From Rubripirellula sp. (GTDB taxonomy: Bacteria; Planctomycetota; Planctomycetia; Pirellulales; Pirellulaceae), in NCBI GenBank assembly GCA_965216875.1, contig OZ244207.1, forward strand, positions 7,360,001 through 7,424,000: DNA of 64,000 nt. The letters are read 5' to 3'. Both the position numbers and the translations under genes were made by a program. The notes beneath the pieces are model-generated. The model was given only the letters and a program-made list of their open reading frames with translations, was not told where the DNA came from and did not search any database. Shown in pieces: positions 51,610 through 62,004 of this stretch. Position 1 is the first letter of the stretch. Every line of letters starts with the position of its first letter.

Positions 51610-52020
51610 ATGTCTGACGAAGCAGCCGTCGCAGAATTCAGCGCCGAAACCAAAGAACTGGGCGACAAGATCGCCGAAATGACTCTGAAGCAAGCCAAAG
51701 AGCTGAGCGACTACCTGAAAGATGAGCACGGCATCGAGCCTGCTTCGGGTGGTGGTGCAGTCGTCATGCAAGCTGGCGGTGGCGAAGGTGGAGCTGCCGA
51801 AGAAGAGAAGACCGAATTCGACGTCGTCCTGACCGGCTTCGGCGACAAGAAGCTGAACGTCGTCAAAGTCGTCAAGAACTTGACCGGCGCTTCGCTGATG
51901 GAAGCCAAGAAGATGGTCGAAGGCGTTCCTGCGACTTTGAAAGAAGCCGCTTCGAAGGAAGACGCCGACAAGATCAAGGCAGAAATCGAAGAAGCTGGCG
52001 GAAGCGTCGAGCTCAAGTAA
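51610..52020 (+). CDS. rplL: 50S ribosomal protein L7/L12
   Basis: EEKTEFDVVL, KLNVVKVVK, LMEAKKMVE and EEAGGSVELK. Confidence 0.98.
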   Translation: MSDEAAVAEFSAETKELGDKIAEMTLKQAKELSDYLKDEHGIEPASGGGAVVMQAGGGEGGAAEEEKTEFDVVLTGFGDKKLNVVKVVKNLTGASLMEAKKMVEGVPATLKEAASKEDADKIKAEIEEAGGSVELK

Positions 52021-52109
52021 GCTCGCCCGCTTACCCTTCAAGCCAAGGCCACTGTCAACCAATGCGCAGTGGCTAATCGATCGGTGCGCTCTGCGCACCC
52101 ACAACGACC

Positions 52110-52144
52110 ACGGCTCGCACAAAACGTGCGAGCCGTTGTTCGTT
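52110..52144 (+). terminator. Probable terminator hairpin after rplL
   Basis: ACGGCTCGCAC-aaaac-GTGCGAGCCGT followed by TGTTCGTT. Confidence 0.55.
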
Positions 52145-52152
52145 AGTAGCCT

Positions 52153-52309
52153 GTTCGTAGTACCGAGCTTTAGCCGGAAATCTTCTCAAGGTCCAGCGGC
52201 AGAGTTTGTAGGTCATGCTCTGCATGACAATCGCCGCTCATCAGCCGCAACGCGATAGCGTGCGGTTCTTGCACCCTCAAAAACCGCGAGCTATCGCGTT
52301 GCGGCTCAT
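52153..52309. repeat. REP mosaic: half family B and a family D doublet
   Basis: GTTCGTAGTACCGAGCTTTAGCCGG is identical to 18402-18426; ATCAGCCGCAACGCGATAGC...GCTATCGCGTTGCGGCTCAT. Confidence 0.8.
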
Positions 52310-52340
52310 GGGTGGGCGCTGGTGCGTGCAAGCACACACC

Positions 52341-54371
52341 CTACTTTGCGGTGACCGTTTGGATTGGCATCTCGGGGAGCGACTCGAGGAATTGGCGGCC
52401 GTAGGGCTTTGTGTAGACGCGTGGGTCAAGCACGACGACCATCCCTTCGTCGGTCGCGGTTCGGATCAGCCTCCCGAAACCTTGGCGGAACTTGATCACC
52501 GCTTCGGGCAATTGGTACTCGCCAAAGGGATTGCCGCCGCCGCTGCGGATTGCTTCCAGGCGTGCTTCCAGCAGCGGATGGTCGGGAACGGCAAATGGCA
52601 GCTTGGTAATGATCACGTTGGTCAATGCATCGCCCGGCACATCGACTCCCTGCCAAAAACTGTCCGTTCCAAACAGCACGCCGCGCGGGTTACGTCGAAA
52701 CGCATCCAGGAGCTGAGTCCGACTCTGTTGTCCGGCTTGTGAGTAAAGCTGGAGATCGTTCTGTGACAACCAGCCGCTTAGCGACGACGCGCATCGTTTA
52801 AGGAGGTCGTAGCTGGTGAACAACACGAAAGCGTGGCCATCGCTCTGACTGACAAACCGCTTGATCTGCTCAGGCAACGCTTGGTCGAACTTTTGGCGTT
52901 CCCTTGATGGATCGGGCAAGTCTTTCACGACGACCACCTTCGCCTGTTGTTGGTAGTCGAAAGGACTGCCAACTCGAAGTGACATGCCGCCGGTCAACCC
53001 AATGCGCGATCGAAAGAAATCGAAGCGGTCTTCGTTGCCCGTCGCCAGCGTTGCGCTGGTCATCACCACGCTACGAATCATCTCGCTTTGGAAAAGGGTC
53101 TCTCGCAGGGTTTGGCCGACGTCGACCGGCGACGCCGCCAGGGTAACGCGATCGATCCCGCGTCGCGTGCCGGTCTTTTCGAGCCAATAGACCGCCCCAT
53201 CGAGTTTCTGGCCAATCCATTCACGCAGTCCGCCAGCGAGGGCGAGCATGCGATCGTGGGCCGATTCGAACTCTTTGCGATCCGAATCGTTGTCTTGGCC
53301 GTCAGCCTGCTGTCGCAGTCCGTACGCCAATCGCTCCATGATTTCGCTGAGTGGATTGTCGACGATGTCGGCTTTCGACACGCGACCGTTCGGCCGTCCG
53401 TCGTTTTCCCACCAGTCCATCAGATCCGCAAACAAGTTGGCCGAGGCGAACCGGCATTGTTCGACTTGCTTTTGCAGGCCCGGCAGGTTTTGGCTGACCA
53501 GCAGTCCCTTCTGAGTGCGGTCGTTGTAAAGGCGATCGAACAGGTAATCGAACTGGCCACTGGTGATGCGAATTCCAAGGTGGTCGCCGGCCACCGATTC
53601 GACCGTGTGGCATTCATCAAGCACGACGGCGTCGTAGTCGGGAAGCAAGGCAACGCCCTGTCGGCGTAGCGCCAGGTCACTGAAGAACATCGCGTGATTG
53701 ACGACCAGTAGCTGGGCGCCCTGGGCACGGCGACGCGCTTTGAAGTAGAAGCATTCTTTGTGGTGCTTGCACGACCGCCGCAAACAGTTGCTGGTGTCGC
53801 TTGCGATCTCGTCCCATACACCCGGTTCGGGGCGAAACGGCAACGTCGACCTTGATCCATCGGCGGTGTCACGCGACCACTTGCGGATTTTTTGGAGCTG
53901 CGAGATCTGCTCGTCCGTCGACATCAACGAACCCATCTTGCCGACCGTTCGGTGCAAGCGTCGCAGCGACATGTAGTTGCTGCGTCCTTTGACGAGCACC
54001 GCCGAAAACTCACGCGGAATCACGCTGTTGAGTAGCGGGATGTCTTTGCTGATGAGCTGTTCCTGGAGGCTGATCGTGTGCGTCGAGATGAGCACGCGGC
54101 GCTGTCGCTCTTTGTCGTCGTCGCCGTCGTCGTCCTTTTCAAGCAATTTGCCCTGCGTTTCGGTTGCGTGCAGGATCGCGGGGACGAGATAGGCGAAACT
54201 CTTGCCAGTGCCCGTGCCCGCTTCGGCGATCAAGTGCTGCTCACTGGCCAATGCGTCGGCGACACTTCGAGCCATGTCGATTTGCTGACTGCGTGCCTCG
54301 TAGTTCTTGAGACGACGAGCAATGCTGCCCTCGGCGCCCAAGATCGAGTCGACTGTCAAATCATCTGTCAC
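52341..54371 (-). CDS. DinG/YoaA family ATP-dependent DNA helicase
   Basis: RSQQ Q-motif, EAGTGTGKS, LQEQL, VVNHA, DECH, TSATL, LFTSY, FWQGVDVPG, KLPF and QGFGRLIR. GTG start inferred. Confidence 0.93.
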   Translation of the reverse strand: MTDDLTVDSILGAEGSIARRLKNYEARSQQIDMARSVADALASEQHLIAEAGTGTGKSFAYLVPAILHATETQGKLLEKDDDGDDDKERQRRVLISTHTISLQEQLISKDIPLLNSVIPREFSAVLVKGRSNYMSLRRLHRTVGKMGSLMSTDEQISQLQKIRKWSRDTADGSRSTLPFRPEPGVWDEIASDTSNCLRRSCKHHKECFYFKARRRAQGAQLLVVNHAMFFSDLALRRQGVALLPDYDAVVLDECHTVESVAGDHLGIRITSGQFDYLFDRLYNDRTQKGLLVSQNLPGLQKQVEQCRFASANLFADLMDWWENDGRPNGRVSKADIVDNPLSEIMERLAYGLRQQADGQDNDSDRKEFESAHDRMLALAGGLREWIGQKLDGAVYWLEKTGTRRGIDRVTLAASPVDVGQTLRETLFQSEMIRSVVMTSATLATGNEDRFDFFRSRIGLTGGMSLRVGSPFDYQQQAKVVVVKDLPDPSRERQKFDQALPEQIKRFVSQSDGHAFVLFTSYDLLKRCASSLSGWLSQNDLQLYSQAGQQSRTQLLDAFRRNPRGVLFGTDSFWQGVDVPGDALTNVIITKLPFAVPDHPLLEARLEAIRSGGGNPFGEYQLPEAVIKFRQGFGRLIRTATDEGMVVVLDPRVYTKPYGRQFLESLPEMPIQTVTAK

Positions 54372-54564
54372 GAAGCACTCGAAGCGTAAGGAAAGCGGAC
54401 GCCAAAACACGCACGATACCACTGGTGCCAAGAAGTGCACATTGCCCTTGGCTTCGGGGGGAAGGACTGAACAGTGGTTTCGGAGCATTTCCGTTTGGCC
54501 GCGGTGTCACGAGCGGACGCCGCTGCGTGTAAATTAAGGAACTCCGACACGATGCATCAGGCTG

Positions 54565-55797
54565 ATGATGAACACCTTGCGACAACGTTGCCCCGCTTGC
54601 GACAGCCAGCTCGAACTACCTGCCGAGTCGGCAGGGAAACTGGGGCAATGCCCGGCGTGCAACGCGACGTTCACGATTGGTGAGTCGGACCCGGTCGAAG
54701 CTCCCGTCGCTGAGTCGCCGCCTGAAAAACACGTTCCCGCTAGCGAACCAGTCGACAAGCCCGCACCAGCTTCGACGCCAAGTCCGACTCCAGCGCCTTC
54801 AGTGGGCGAAGACCCGCAGGTCTTCGCGCCCCCGGTTGCCGACGTCCAATCCAGCGATGACGGCCCAGTGGCTGAAGGTGATTCTGACAACCCATTCGCG
54901 ACACCGCTCAGCTCGGGAGTTGCTGTGCCCGATGCGGCGCTTGTGGCCCCAGGGCAACAGCATCCAGTCCAGCCCAACGGCGCACCGCCAGCGACATCGA
55001 TCACGATGGCCGATTGTGCGATCGATGAAGTCTTACGATCGACTTGGCAGATTTTTGCGGCCCGATGGCCAACCATGGTGGTCACGCTGGTGATCGTGAT
55101 GGCATTGATGTTCGGTGTTGTTTTTGTGCCCGGCATGATCATCAGCGAGGCCGACAATGCGGGAGCCGATACGTTGGTGGCCATCATGCTCTTTGTTTGG
55201 CTTCCGTCGTTGTTGGCAATCTTCAGCCTGCTGGCCGTTGGCATCTCTCGGGTTTATCTGTCGATCGCGCGAGACGATCGCGTGTCGCCACTTTCGGAAC
55301 TGGTGCCGCCGATTTCGCTTGCCGTGCGATTTGCTGTCGCGTTGTTGTTGATCGGAGGAGTGATCGGCGGAGGAAGTTTGGCGATCTTTCTTTCCATCGC
55401 CGCGATCGGAGAGATTTCTGGCAACCCGCAACTCGCGGGAGTTTTTACTGCCCTGGCCGCCATCGTTGTCGCGATCATTGGAATGGTCTGTCAGTGGATC
55501 CTGTGGCCATGGGTGCCACTGATCTGCGATGGTCGCGCGTCGATCTTCAAGTCGACTCAGCTTTCGATTCGCATCGCTCTGCGCAACCGGACCACGTCGG
55601 CGATCATGGTGTTGGTTGCGGTGGGTCTGATGGCGGCCGGATCGATCTTTTGTGGCGTTGGGGTGATCGTCACGTTGCCCATCGTCCTGATGATGTTCAC
55701 CGTTGCCTATTTGCGCATGACGGGCCAACCGATCGGTGAAATCATGGCAGAAGAGGAAGAGTACGAACCGTTGCCCGAACGCAAACCTGAGTTTTAG
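54565..55797 (+). CDS. Membrane protein with N-terminal zinc ribbon and Pro-rich linker
   Basis: CPAC...CPAC, a low-complexity linker, then about 6 TM helices ending 'CGVGVIVTLP...AY'. Confidence 0.8.
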   Translation: MMNTLRQRCPACDSQLELPAESAGKLGQCPACNATFTIGESDPVEAPVAESPPEKHVPASEPVDKPAPASTPSPTPAPSVGEDPQVFAPPVADVQSSDDGPVAEGDSDNPFATPLSSGVAVPDAALVAPGQQHPVQPNGAPPATSITMADCAIDEVLRSTWQIFAARWPTMVVTLVIVMALMFGVVFVPGMIISEADNAGADTLVAIMLFVWLPSLLAIFSLLAVGISRVYLSIARDDRVSPLSELVPPISLAVRFAVALLLIGGVIGGGSLAIFLSIAAIGEISGNPQLAGVFTALAAIVVAIIGMVCQWILWPWVPLICDGRASIFKSTQLSIRIALRNRTTSAIMVLVAVGLMAAGSIFCGVGVIVTLPIVLMMFTVAYLRMTGQPIGEIMAEEEEYEPLPERKPEF

Positions 55798-55804
55798 AGG
55801 CCGC

Positions 55805-56129
55805 GTTTGTCGTTCCGCCATTGGGCGGAGGGCATGAAGATTCCGGCTAAAGCTCGGTACTACAAACGGCAACATCAGCCGCCGAGCTTCCACCAGCAGA
55901 AACCCTTCCCCAAGTTCACTCAACGGAGCCGCGATCGCGTAAGCGGCCGGGCCTTACTCGCCTTCACACTCGCTGCGCGTCGGCAAGGGCCCGAGGCCTG
56001 ACGGCCAGCGGCTCACGGGCACTGCCCAAGAAGTTGCTCTGGTGGCACGAAGATTGCAATCCGCAGCACCAGCCGCCGGTATTTCACCCACCAGCCTTGA
56101 AGGGCCCGACGCTAGCACGTTCGGCTCAC
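55805..56129. repeat. REP mosaic: family B (55805-55867) and family C copies (55926-56016, 56101-56129)
   Basis: Reverse-complement match to 24669-24731; the GGGCCCGAGGCCTGACGGCCAGCGGCTCA segment matches 44136-44164. Confidence 0.75.
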
Positions 56130-56168
56130 AAAAACTACATCCGCGTTGCGGATGATGGTCGTCGCGAA

Positions 56169-56876
56169 TTACGCGATCGCGTCTTGGGTGACGAACCAAC
56201 GCGTCGGTTGGATCAACTGCGAGGGGTAGAGTGCCGGTTGGCGATCATCCGAAAGCACCTTCGCGAGCGCGCCCTTTTTGCCGGCACCGGCGATCAAAAA
56301 CCAAATCTCACTGGCCGAGTTGATCGCGGGTGCCGTGAGCGTGTAGCGGAAGGCATCGAACTTTTCGACCCAGTTCTCGACAAACCATCGGTCCGAAGCA
56401 TCGATGGCAGTGGTTTCGGGAAACAAGGATGCGGTGTGAGCGTCATCGCCCATTCCGAGCAGGGCCAGATCCCATTGGGGATTCTCCTGACCGGAAAAAT
56501 GATCTCGCATTTCTTGCTCGTATTGCTCGGCCGCCGCTTTGGGATCGTCGACGTTGACCGGCACGCTGTGCACATTGGCAGCGGGGATCTCGATGTGATC
56601 GAGCATGACCGTTTTGACCATCTTGAAATTGCTGTCGTCGTGGTCGTGCGAAACGTTTCGCTCATCGCCCCAGAAAAGATGGATCTTGTTCCATGGCAGG
56701 TCGCGCTGCGTGAGTCGTCCGTAGATCACCTTCGGCGTCGAGCCGCCTGAAAGCGAGATGTTGACTTGGTCTTTTTGCTGGACGCACTCGAGGATTCGAT
56801 TGCAGATCGCGTCGATCGCAGCGTCTTGAAGTGATGTGACGGATTCAAAGGGTTCGATACTTGCCGAAGCGTTCAT
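56169..56876 (-). CDS. pgl: 6-phosphogluconolactonase
   Basis: LSGGSTP, FWGDER, SNF and LLGMGDDAHTASLFP. Confidence 0.96.
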   Translation of the reverse strand: MNASASIEPFESVTSLQDAAIDAICNRILECVQQKDQVNISLSGGSTPKVIYGRLTQRDLPWNKIHLFWGDERNVSHDHDDSNFKMVKTVMLDHIEIPAANVHSVPVNVDDPKAAAEQYEQEMRDHFSGQENPQWDLALLGMGDDAHTASLFPETTAIDASDRWFVENWVEKFDAFRYTLTAPAINSASEIWFLIAGAGKKGALAKVLSDDRQPALYPSQLIQPTRWFVTQDAIA

Positions 56877-56948
56877 GCTTTAACGTTGTTGGTTGTGGTG
56901 AATGGTTTGGGATAGACGATTCGAACGTTAGCGTTCAAAGCGAAACGT

Positions 56949-57761
56949 TTAACGAAAGGATTCTTTGTCACCAGGGAATGTGCCGTCATTGAGCGCGTTG
57001 ATGTACGCCGTGGCCGCCTCGGCAATCGTTCCACGTACGTCGCTAAATTGACGGACAAACTTTGGCAGGTAACCGGACGTTAGCCCGATCAAATCGTTGG
57101 TGACCAGGACTTGCCCCGACATCTCGGGACCGGCCCCAATTCCGATGGTCGGTACAGAGACCGCATCGGTAATCGCTTTGCCAATTTCGGTTGGCACGCA
57201 TTCGACCAACACACAAAAGGCACCTGCTTGTTCGGCTGCGACCGCATCGTCGACAAGACGATCCCGATCGCGTTGGACTTTATAACCGCCATCGACATGA
57301 ACGTTTTGGGGACGCAATCCCACATGCGCCATCACGGGCACTCCTGCGGTGACGATGGTTTCGATCCGTTTGGCTTGTTCTGCGCCCCCTTCAAGTTTGA
57401 CCGCATGCCCGCGAGTTTCCTTCAACACTCGCACGCTGCTTTCAACGCTGCGAAGGATATCGAGTTGGCCTTCGGGGAACGGAAGGTCGACGACGACCAA
57501 AGCGCGCTTCGTAGCTCGGCCCACCATTTCGGCGTGATAGATCATTTGATCCATCGTCACCGGCAGGGTGGTCTCGTGTCCCTGGACGACCATTGCCAAC
57601 GAGTCGCCGACCAACAAAACGTCGACCCCCGCCTGGTCCAGCACTTGGGCGGTCGGGAAATCGTAGGCGGTCAGCATGGAGATCCTGCGGCCATCATCAC
57701 GCATTTTCTGTAGCGTGCTGGTCGTGATGCGGCGTTGTTCGGAAGATTGGTTTGCCGGCAT
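56949..57761 (-). CDS. panB: 3-methyl-2-oxobutanoate hydroxymethyltransferase
   Basis: MLTAYD, LVGDSL, VKLEGG, HVGL.PQ, PTIGIGAG and GQVLV. Confidence 0.97.
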   Translation of the reverse strand: MPANQSSEQRRITTSTLQKMRDDGRRISMLTAYDFPTAQVLDQAGVDVLLVGDSLAMVVQGHETTLPVTMDQMIYHAEMVGRATKRALVVVDLPFPEGQLDILRSVESSVRVLKETRGHAVKLEGGAEQAKRIETIVTAGVPVMAHVGLRPQNVHVDGGYKVQRDRDRLVDDAVAAEQAGAFCVLVECVPTEIGKAITDAVSVPTIGIGAGPEMSGQVLVTNDLIGLTSGYLPKFVRQFSDVRGTIAEAATAYINALNDGTFPGDKESFR

Positions 57762-57792
57762 TGGGTCTCGAATCGCGATGGGGTTGACGGTT

Positions 57793-57869
57793 GTAGCTGC
57801 CTTCGCCAGAAGGTGGTCAGGTTTTGCAAGCCGCTCATGACCACGCCACGCCCTGGCGAGCAGAGCTAC
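57793..57869. repeat. REP-like doublet, family A
   Basis: GTAGCTGCCTTCGCCAGAAGGTGG...CCACGCCCTGGCGAGCAGAGCTAC. Confidence 0.75.
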
Positions 57870-58078
57870 CTCCTTGAGCGAGTGATTTCACGGCAATTGC
57901 CGCCAGTTTGCTCAAACGACTCATCTCAAGTAGGTACAATCATCCTCGGAACGGATGACTTGGTACAGGTCACCGAATCATCGAATCTGATTCAGCCTGC
58001 GCTTTGATTTTCCTGCCCACCCCTTTCCCCCTGCGATTTCCCAGTTCGACGCTGGGCCCACAACCTCGGGAAGCAAGC

Positions 58079-58912
58079 ATGACAGCCTTTCGTTTGATCA
58101 TTGCGTGGTCGATTGCACTGAGTTTTGCCACATCCAGCGTGATCGCCCAGAGTCCCGGCAGTTCGAATACAGTGACGGAGTTCAAAGGGAAACTGAAGTC
58201 GTTTCAGCGCGGCATCCTGTTGGTCACGCGCGACGACGACAAGGAAGTCATGGTCCAGTTGCCCGACGACATTTCCTCGTTCACCTTTGTTGCGGATGCG
58301 AAACCGGCCTTCTTGGGACGCGGAACTCTCGTTCGTTTCTCAGGGCTTTATGACGCCAACGGAAACCCGCTCGCTCCGATCAAGAAGGTCGAGATCATTC
58401 AGCCGATTGGGCCAGCTAACAAACTCAGTAACCAGCAACGCCAAAACTACGTGCCCGGCGTCTATTCGCAACATCGCGGGGGACGACAACAACTGCCACC
58501 CTCGGCGACCTATCACATCGTTGGCAACCTTGGTGGCCTCTCGCCCGCGGGGGCAATGATGGTCCAGGCTGGCAAGGTTTCGGTTCGAGCCCAACTTGCG
58601 CAGGACGCGAAATTCGAAATCCGCTTCAATAATCTGTCACTCGCCAAGGAAGGTGATCCAGTATCCGTTGCCGGATTCTACGAACCGCCGGACGACACCA
58701 AGGTCAAAGCCGACCGCATCACGGTCAGCACAGATCGCGTGTACGGCGAACCGGTTGCGGTCGAGAAGCCGACGCGGCGACGCGGGCGACGCGACGCCGA
58801 GAATGATGGCGACAAAGAGGGGGACAAAGAGGAGGGTGACGCCGCCAAGAAGGAAGCGGGAGGGGCGGACGCGGATGCTGAAGGAGCCTCCAAGGAGGGG
58901 GCCGACGGCTGA
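58079..58912 (+). CDS. Hypothetical exported protein with acidic C-terminal tail
   Basis: Signal peptide after ATG 58079, a beta-rich body and a low-complexity D/E/G/K tail. Confidence 0.75.
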   Translation: MTAFRLIIAWSIALSFATSSVIAQSPGSSNTVTEFKGKLKSFQRGILLVTRDDDKEVMVQLPDDISSFTFVADAKPAFLGRGTLVRFSGLYDANGNPLAPIKKVEIIQPIGPANKLSNQQRQNYVPGVYSQHRGGRQQLPPSATYHIVGNLGGLSPAGAMMVQAGKVSVRAQLAQDAKFEIRFNNLSLAKEGDPVSVAGFYEPPDDTKVKADRITVSTDRVYGEPVAVEKPTRRRGRRDAENDGDKEGDKEEGDAAKKEAGGADADAEGASKEGADG

Positions 58913-59156
58913 CGAGGTTGGCGGAACAGCCCAACGATCAGCCATCTTTTTGGTGGGCAGTGGCTGCGTTTGACCCACGTTTGGGGGCAAGAAGGCTCAT
59001 TTGGACCCACTCTTTGCTTCGAACGCGGACCGTGCGGAGTTTTCTCGCATTCCGTAATGTCCCCCTTCCGACTAACATCACCCGCTTGATCCGGGGCCCC
59101 GTTTTCAGGCCGGCCTGGACGTTCAAGCCCTTCCTTCCACTTCAAAACTCACGCTG

Positions 59157-60260
59157 ATGAAAACTCGAATTCTACTGACGGTCGCATTTTGCATCATCGC
59201 TGTCTTTACTCTCAAACCAGTTGCAGCGGTGGACCAGCAGTTGGGGATTGGTTCAAAAGCTCCCGCACTGGACATCGAGCATTGGATCCAGGACGGCAAC
59301 GGCTTTTTCAAACCCGTGACCGATTTCTCGGAAGGCAAGGTTTACGTCGTCGAGTTTTGGGCCACGTGGTGTGGGCCATGCGTGGCGAGTATCCCTCACA
59401 TCGCAGAACTTCAAAACAAGTATCGCGGACGTGGCGTCCAAATCGTCAGTGTCTCTGATGAAGATTTGGAAACCGTTTCGGGTTTGCTCGACCGCGAGAA
59501 CGCCGAGGTCGGAAAGACGTTTCGTGAGATCACCTCGGCCTACTCGCTGACGACCGACCCCGACCAATCGGTCTACAAGTCGTACATGGACGCATCGGGC
59601 CAACAAGGGATTCCGACCTCCTTCATCGTCGGCAAGACCGGATTGGTTGAATGGATCGGTCACCCGATGGAACTCGACGAGCCTCTTGAGGCAGTCGTCA
59701 CCGATTCGTGGGACCGCGAAGCGTTCAAGAAAGAACTGAAAGCTAAAGAAGAGTTTGAGCGAACGCTTGAAAAGATCTCGCGATTGGCTGGTTCCGGTCG
59801 TCTCGATGAAGCGATCAAGGTTGCCGAAGACCAACTTGCTCGGACCGAAGTTGAATCGATCAAAGAAGAATGGGTTGCCATTCGCAACTCGCTCAAACTG
59901 TCGGCAGGCCAACTTGATGAAGACGTCTTGGCGTTCTTCCGCAAGCAGCTCAAGTCGCTCAAGGGAAATCCCGAAGCGGTCGGTCGATATGGTTTTTCGA
60001 TGTTCAATGCGATGCAACAAGGCGCCAAAGTCGGTCCACTGCTGGATGAGATCGTGGTCGCCATCGAAGCAGAGGTTGATTCCGCTGAGGGCTCGCTCAA
60101 GCCTCTGCTGAACAACACCGTCGCATTGTTGCAGGATGCCGCTGGGAATACGGAAGCCGCCATCAAGGCTCAGCAAGCCGCGCTTGATTCAGCCACGGCT
60201 AGCCAAAAGCGACACCTTCAGCCCTTCATGGACCAGCTGAAGAAAAAGCTTGAGGAATAG
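59157..60260 (+). CDS. TlpA/redoxin-family thiol-disulfide oxidoreductase with helical C-terminal extension
   Basis: Signal peptide, 'VVEFWATWCGPC' and 'GIPTSFIV...WIGHP'. Confidence 0.9.
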   Translation: MKTRILLTVAFCIIAVFTLKPVAAVDQQLGIGSKAPALDIEHWIQDGNGFFKPVTDFSEGKVYVVEFWATWCGPCVASIPHIAELQNKYRGRGVQIVSVSDEDLETVSGLLDRENAEVGKTFREITSAYSLTTDPDQSVYKSYMDASGQQGIPTSFIVGKTGLVEWIGHPMELDEPLEAVVTDSWDREAFKKELKAKEEFERTLEKISRLAGSGRLDEAIKVAEDQLARTEVESIKEEWVAIRNSLKLSAGQLDEDVLAFFRKQLKSLKGNPEAVGRYGFSMFNAMQQGAKVGPLLDEIVVAIEAEVDSAEGSLKPLLNNTVALLQDAAGNTEAAIKAQQAALDSATASQKRHLQPFMDQLKKKLEE

Positions 60261-60288
60261 AAGTAGGCGTCTCGAAACGGAGACTGCC

Positions 60289-62004
60289 CTACTTAGGCGG
60301 AATATCAAAGGCGATGTCAAATCGTCGCCAGCAGTGCGTGCAGGCGGCGACGGCCGCCGCGGCGACTCCCCATGTTCCGAGCAACGCGCCGCCGACCAGG
60401 CTCGGGATGACCAAAGGTGTGGGGAGGTTCCGACAAGCCATTGTCCAAAGCATCAGTACACCGAGGGCAGCCGCGATCACCGCGCCTTTGCCCATGAAGG
60501 TGAGCTTGGCCCGGATCATCATCGCGACGCCTTCGTTGTGTTCGTGATGGGGGTAAGCCAAGAACAACGCGTTTTCAATTGCGAAGGTGAAGACGGCCAA
60601 TGCGTTGAGCATGCCGGTCCACATCAACACTTGCCCAATGCCTGGGTTGGTTATCAACGTTGCAATCGCGATCGTCACCCATTGAAAGACCCAGGTGATC
60701 GCGATCGGAAGCGTTAGTTGTCCGAGCACCATCGACAGCGGTGCGATCGGCATCGAACGCAACAGAATCATCCGATTCAGGTCTCGGCGAAAGTCAATGC
60801 GAAGTGCGGGCGGTGCGAGCAACATTGTGCAAAGCGCAATCCCACCGACAACGTAAAACCACTGCTCGAATCGCTGCCCCGTCACGAGCGACGACAAGCA
60901 AAGTAGCGTAGGGATCACAAAACTAAGTGTGATCGTGCCTTTGTACCGCTCGATGCTGACCGCCTGTCGCGAAAGAACCGCGACAGCATCGTCGGTCCAC
61001 CGCGGCAAGCGACTCTCAAGCCAACGGCGGACAGGGTGCGTGTTGAGCCGGCAAGCTGTTTCGGGATCGACGTCGCCAAGGCGTTGAAACTCCCCTGAAG
61101 CGAATCGATTTCGCTGTCGTTTCAATTGGCGAGCTGTCGCCATCGCGTCGACGCGCACCAGCACCATGATCGAGAGTGGCAGCAGGGACGCGGTTGCAAC
61201 CAGTTGGCCAAGTGTCAGCCATTGATACTCCTGCGTCACCGCGATCTGCGCGGGCACGATCCAAGGCAGCGACATCCACTGGACCGCTTCACTTGCCGCC
61301 GTTTCACCAAGACTTTGGAACAGACAAAGGATGTATTGGAGCGTCGGTGCGCCGAAGGGAACGCTCGCAGCAATGCGTGCTCCGACTTGCAAGACGACCG
61401 CAGCGGCGATCATCCCGGTTGCCGCGCGAAACAAATTGCGAGCTCGATCGGTCAACCCGGCCGCAAAACGCCCAATGATCAACCGAGTCGATTCCAGCAG
61501 TACCAAGGACGTGAAAACACCCAGTACCAACAACTCAAGGTGCGCCGCATCTCGAAACAGAACAACACCCAGCAGAAACGTTTTCATCATCGCGGCAATC
61601 AGAATCGTGCCGAGATGGTAGACCGCAAGTGATGAGCGTTTGACGGGCGCGCCACCGAGCCAAAGCTGTTCGGCGGGCGTCAATTCGAGGTCGGCGATCT
61701 TGCTGGCCCAGGCGCAGCGCACCGCGTGGTACATCGCGTAAAGGACCATACCACCGGAAAGCCACAAACGAAGCCGTTCGGGATCTGCCGGTGCACGAGC
61801 CGACAAAATGAAGACACCGTTGAGCAAATAGAGTCCGAAGAAGATCAAGGCGAGCGATGTCGCGATGATGCGTCGAGGATCACGCATGCGTTGCAGTGTG
61901 CGATGCATGCGAAACTTGGCTCGCGTCAACGTCAGTCGTGCTAGTTCGCGATGAATGCTCGGCGCGTCAAAACCGCGTGTGGCCGGTTGATGGTCGATGA
62001 TCAC
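60289..62004 (-). CDS. Putative ABC exporter permease
   Basis: About 12 TM segments; ATGA overlap with the upstream ABC ATPase. Confidence 0.8.
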   Translation of the reverse strand: MIIDHQPATRGFDAPSIHRELARLTLTRAKFRMHRTLQRMRDPRRIIATSLALIFFGLYLLNGVFILSARAPADPERLRLWLSGGMVLYAMYHAVRCAWASKIADLELTPAEQLWLGGAPVKRSSLAVYHLGTILIAAMMKTFLLGVVLFRDAAHLELLVLGVFTSLVLLESTRLIIGRFAAGLTDRARNLFRAATGMIAAAVVLQVGARIAASVPFGAPTLQYILCLFQSLGETAASEAVQWMSLPWIVPAQIAVTQEYQWLTLGQLVATASLLPLSIMVLVRVDAMATARQLKRQRNRFASGEFQRLGDVDPETACRLNTHPVRRWLESRLPRWTDDAVAVLSRQAVSIERYKGTITLSFVIPTLLCLSSLVTGQRFEQWFYVVGGIALCTMLLAPPALRIDFRRDLNRMILLRSMPIAPLSMVLGQLTLPIAITWVFQWVTIAIATLITNPGIGQVLMWTGMLNALAVFTFAIENALFLAYPHHEHNEGVAMMIRAKLTFMGKGAVIAAALGVLMLWTMACRNLPTPLVIPSLVGGALLGTWGVAAAAVAACTHCWRRFDIAFDIPPK

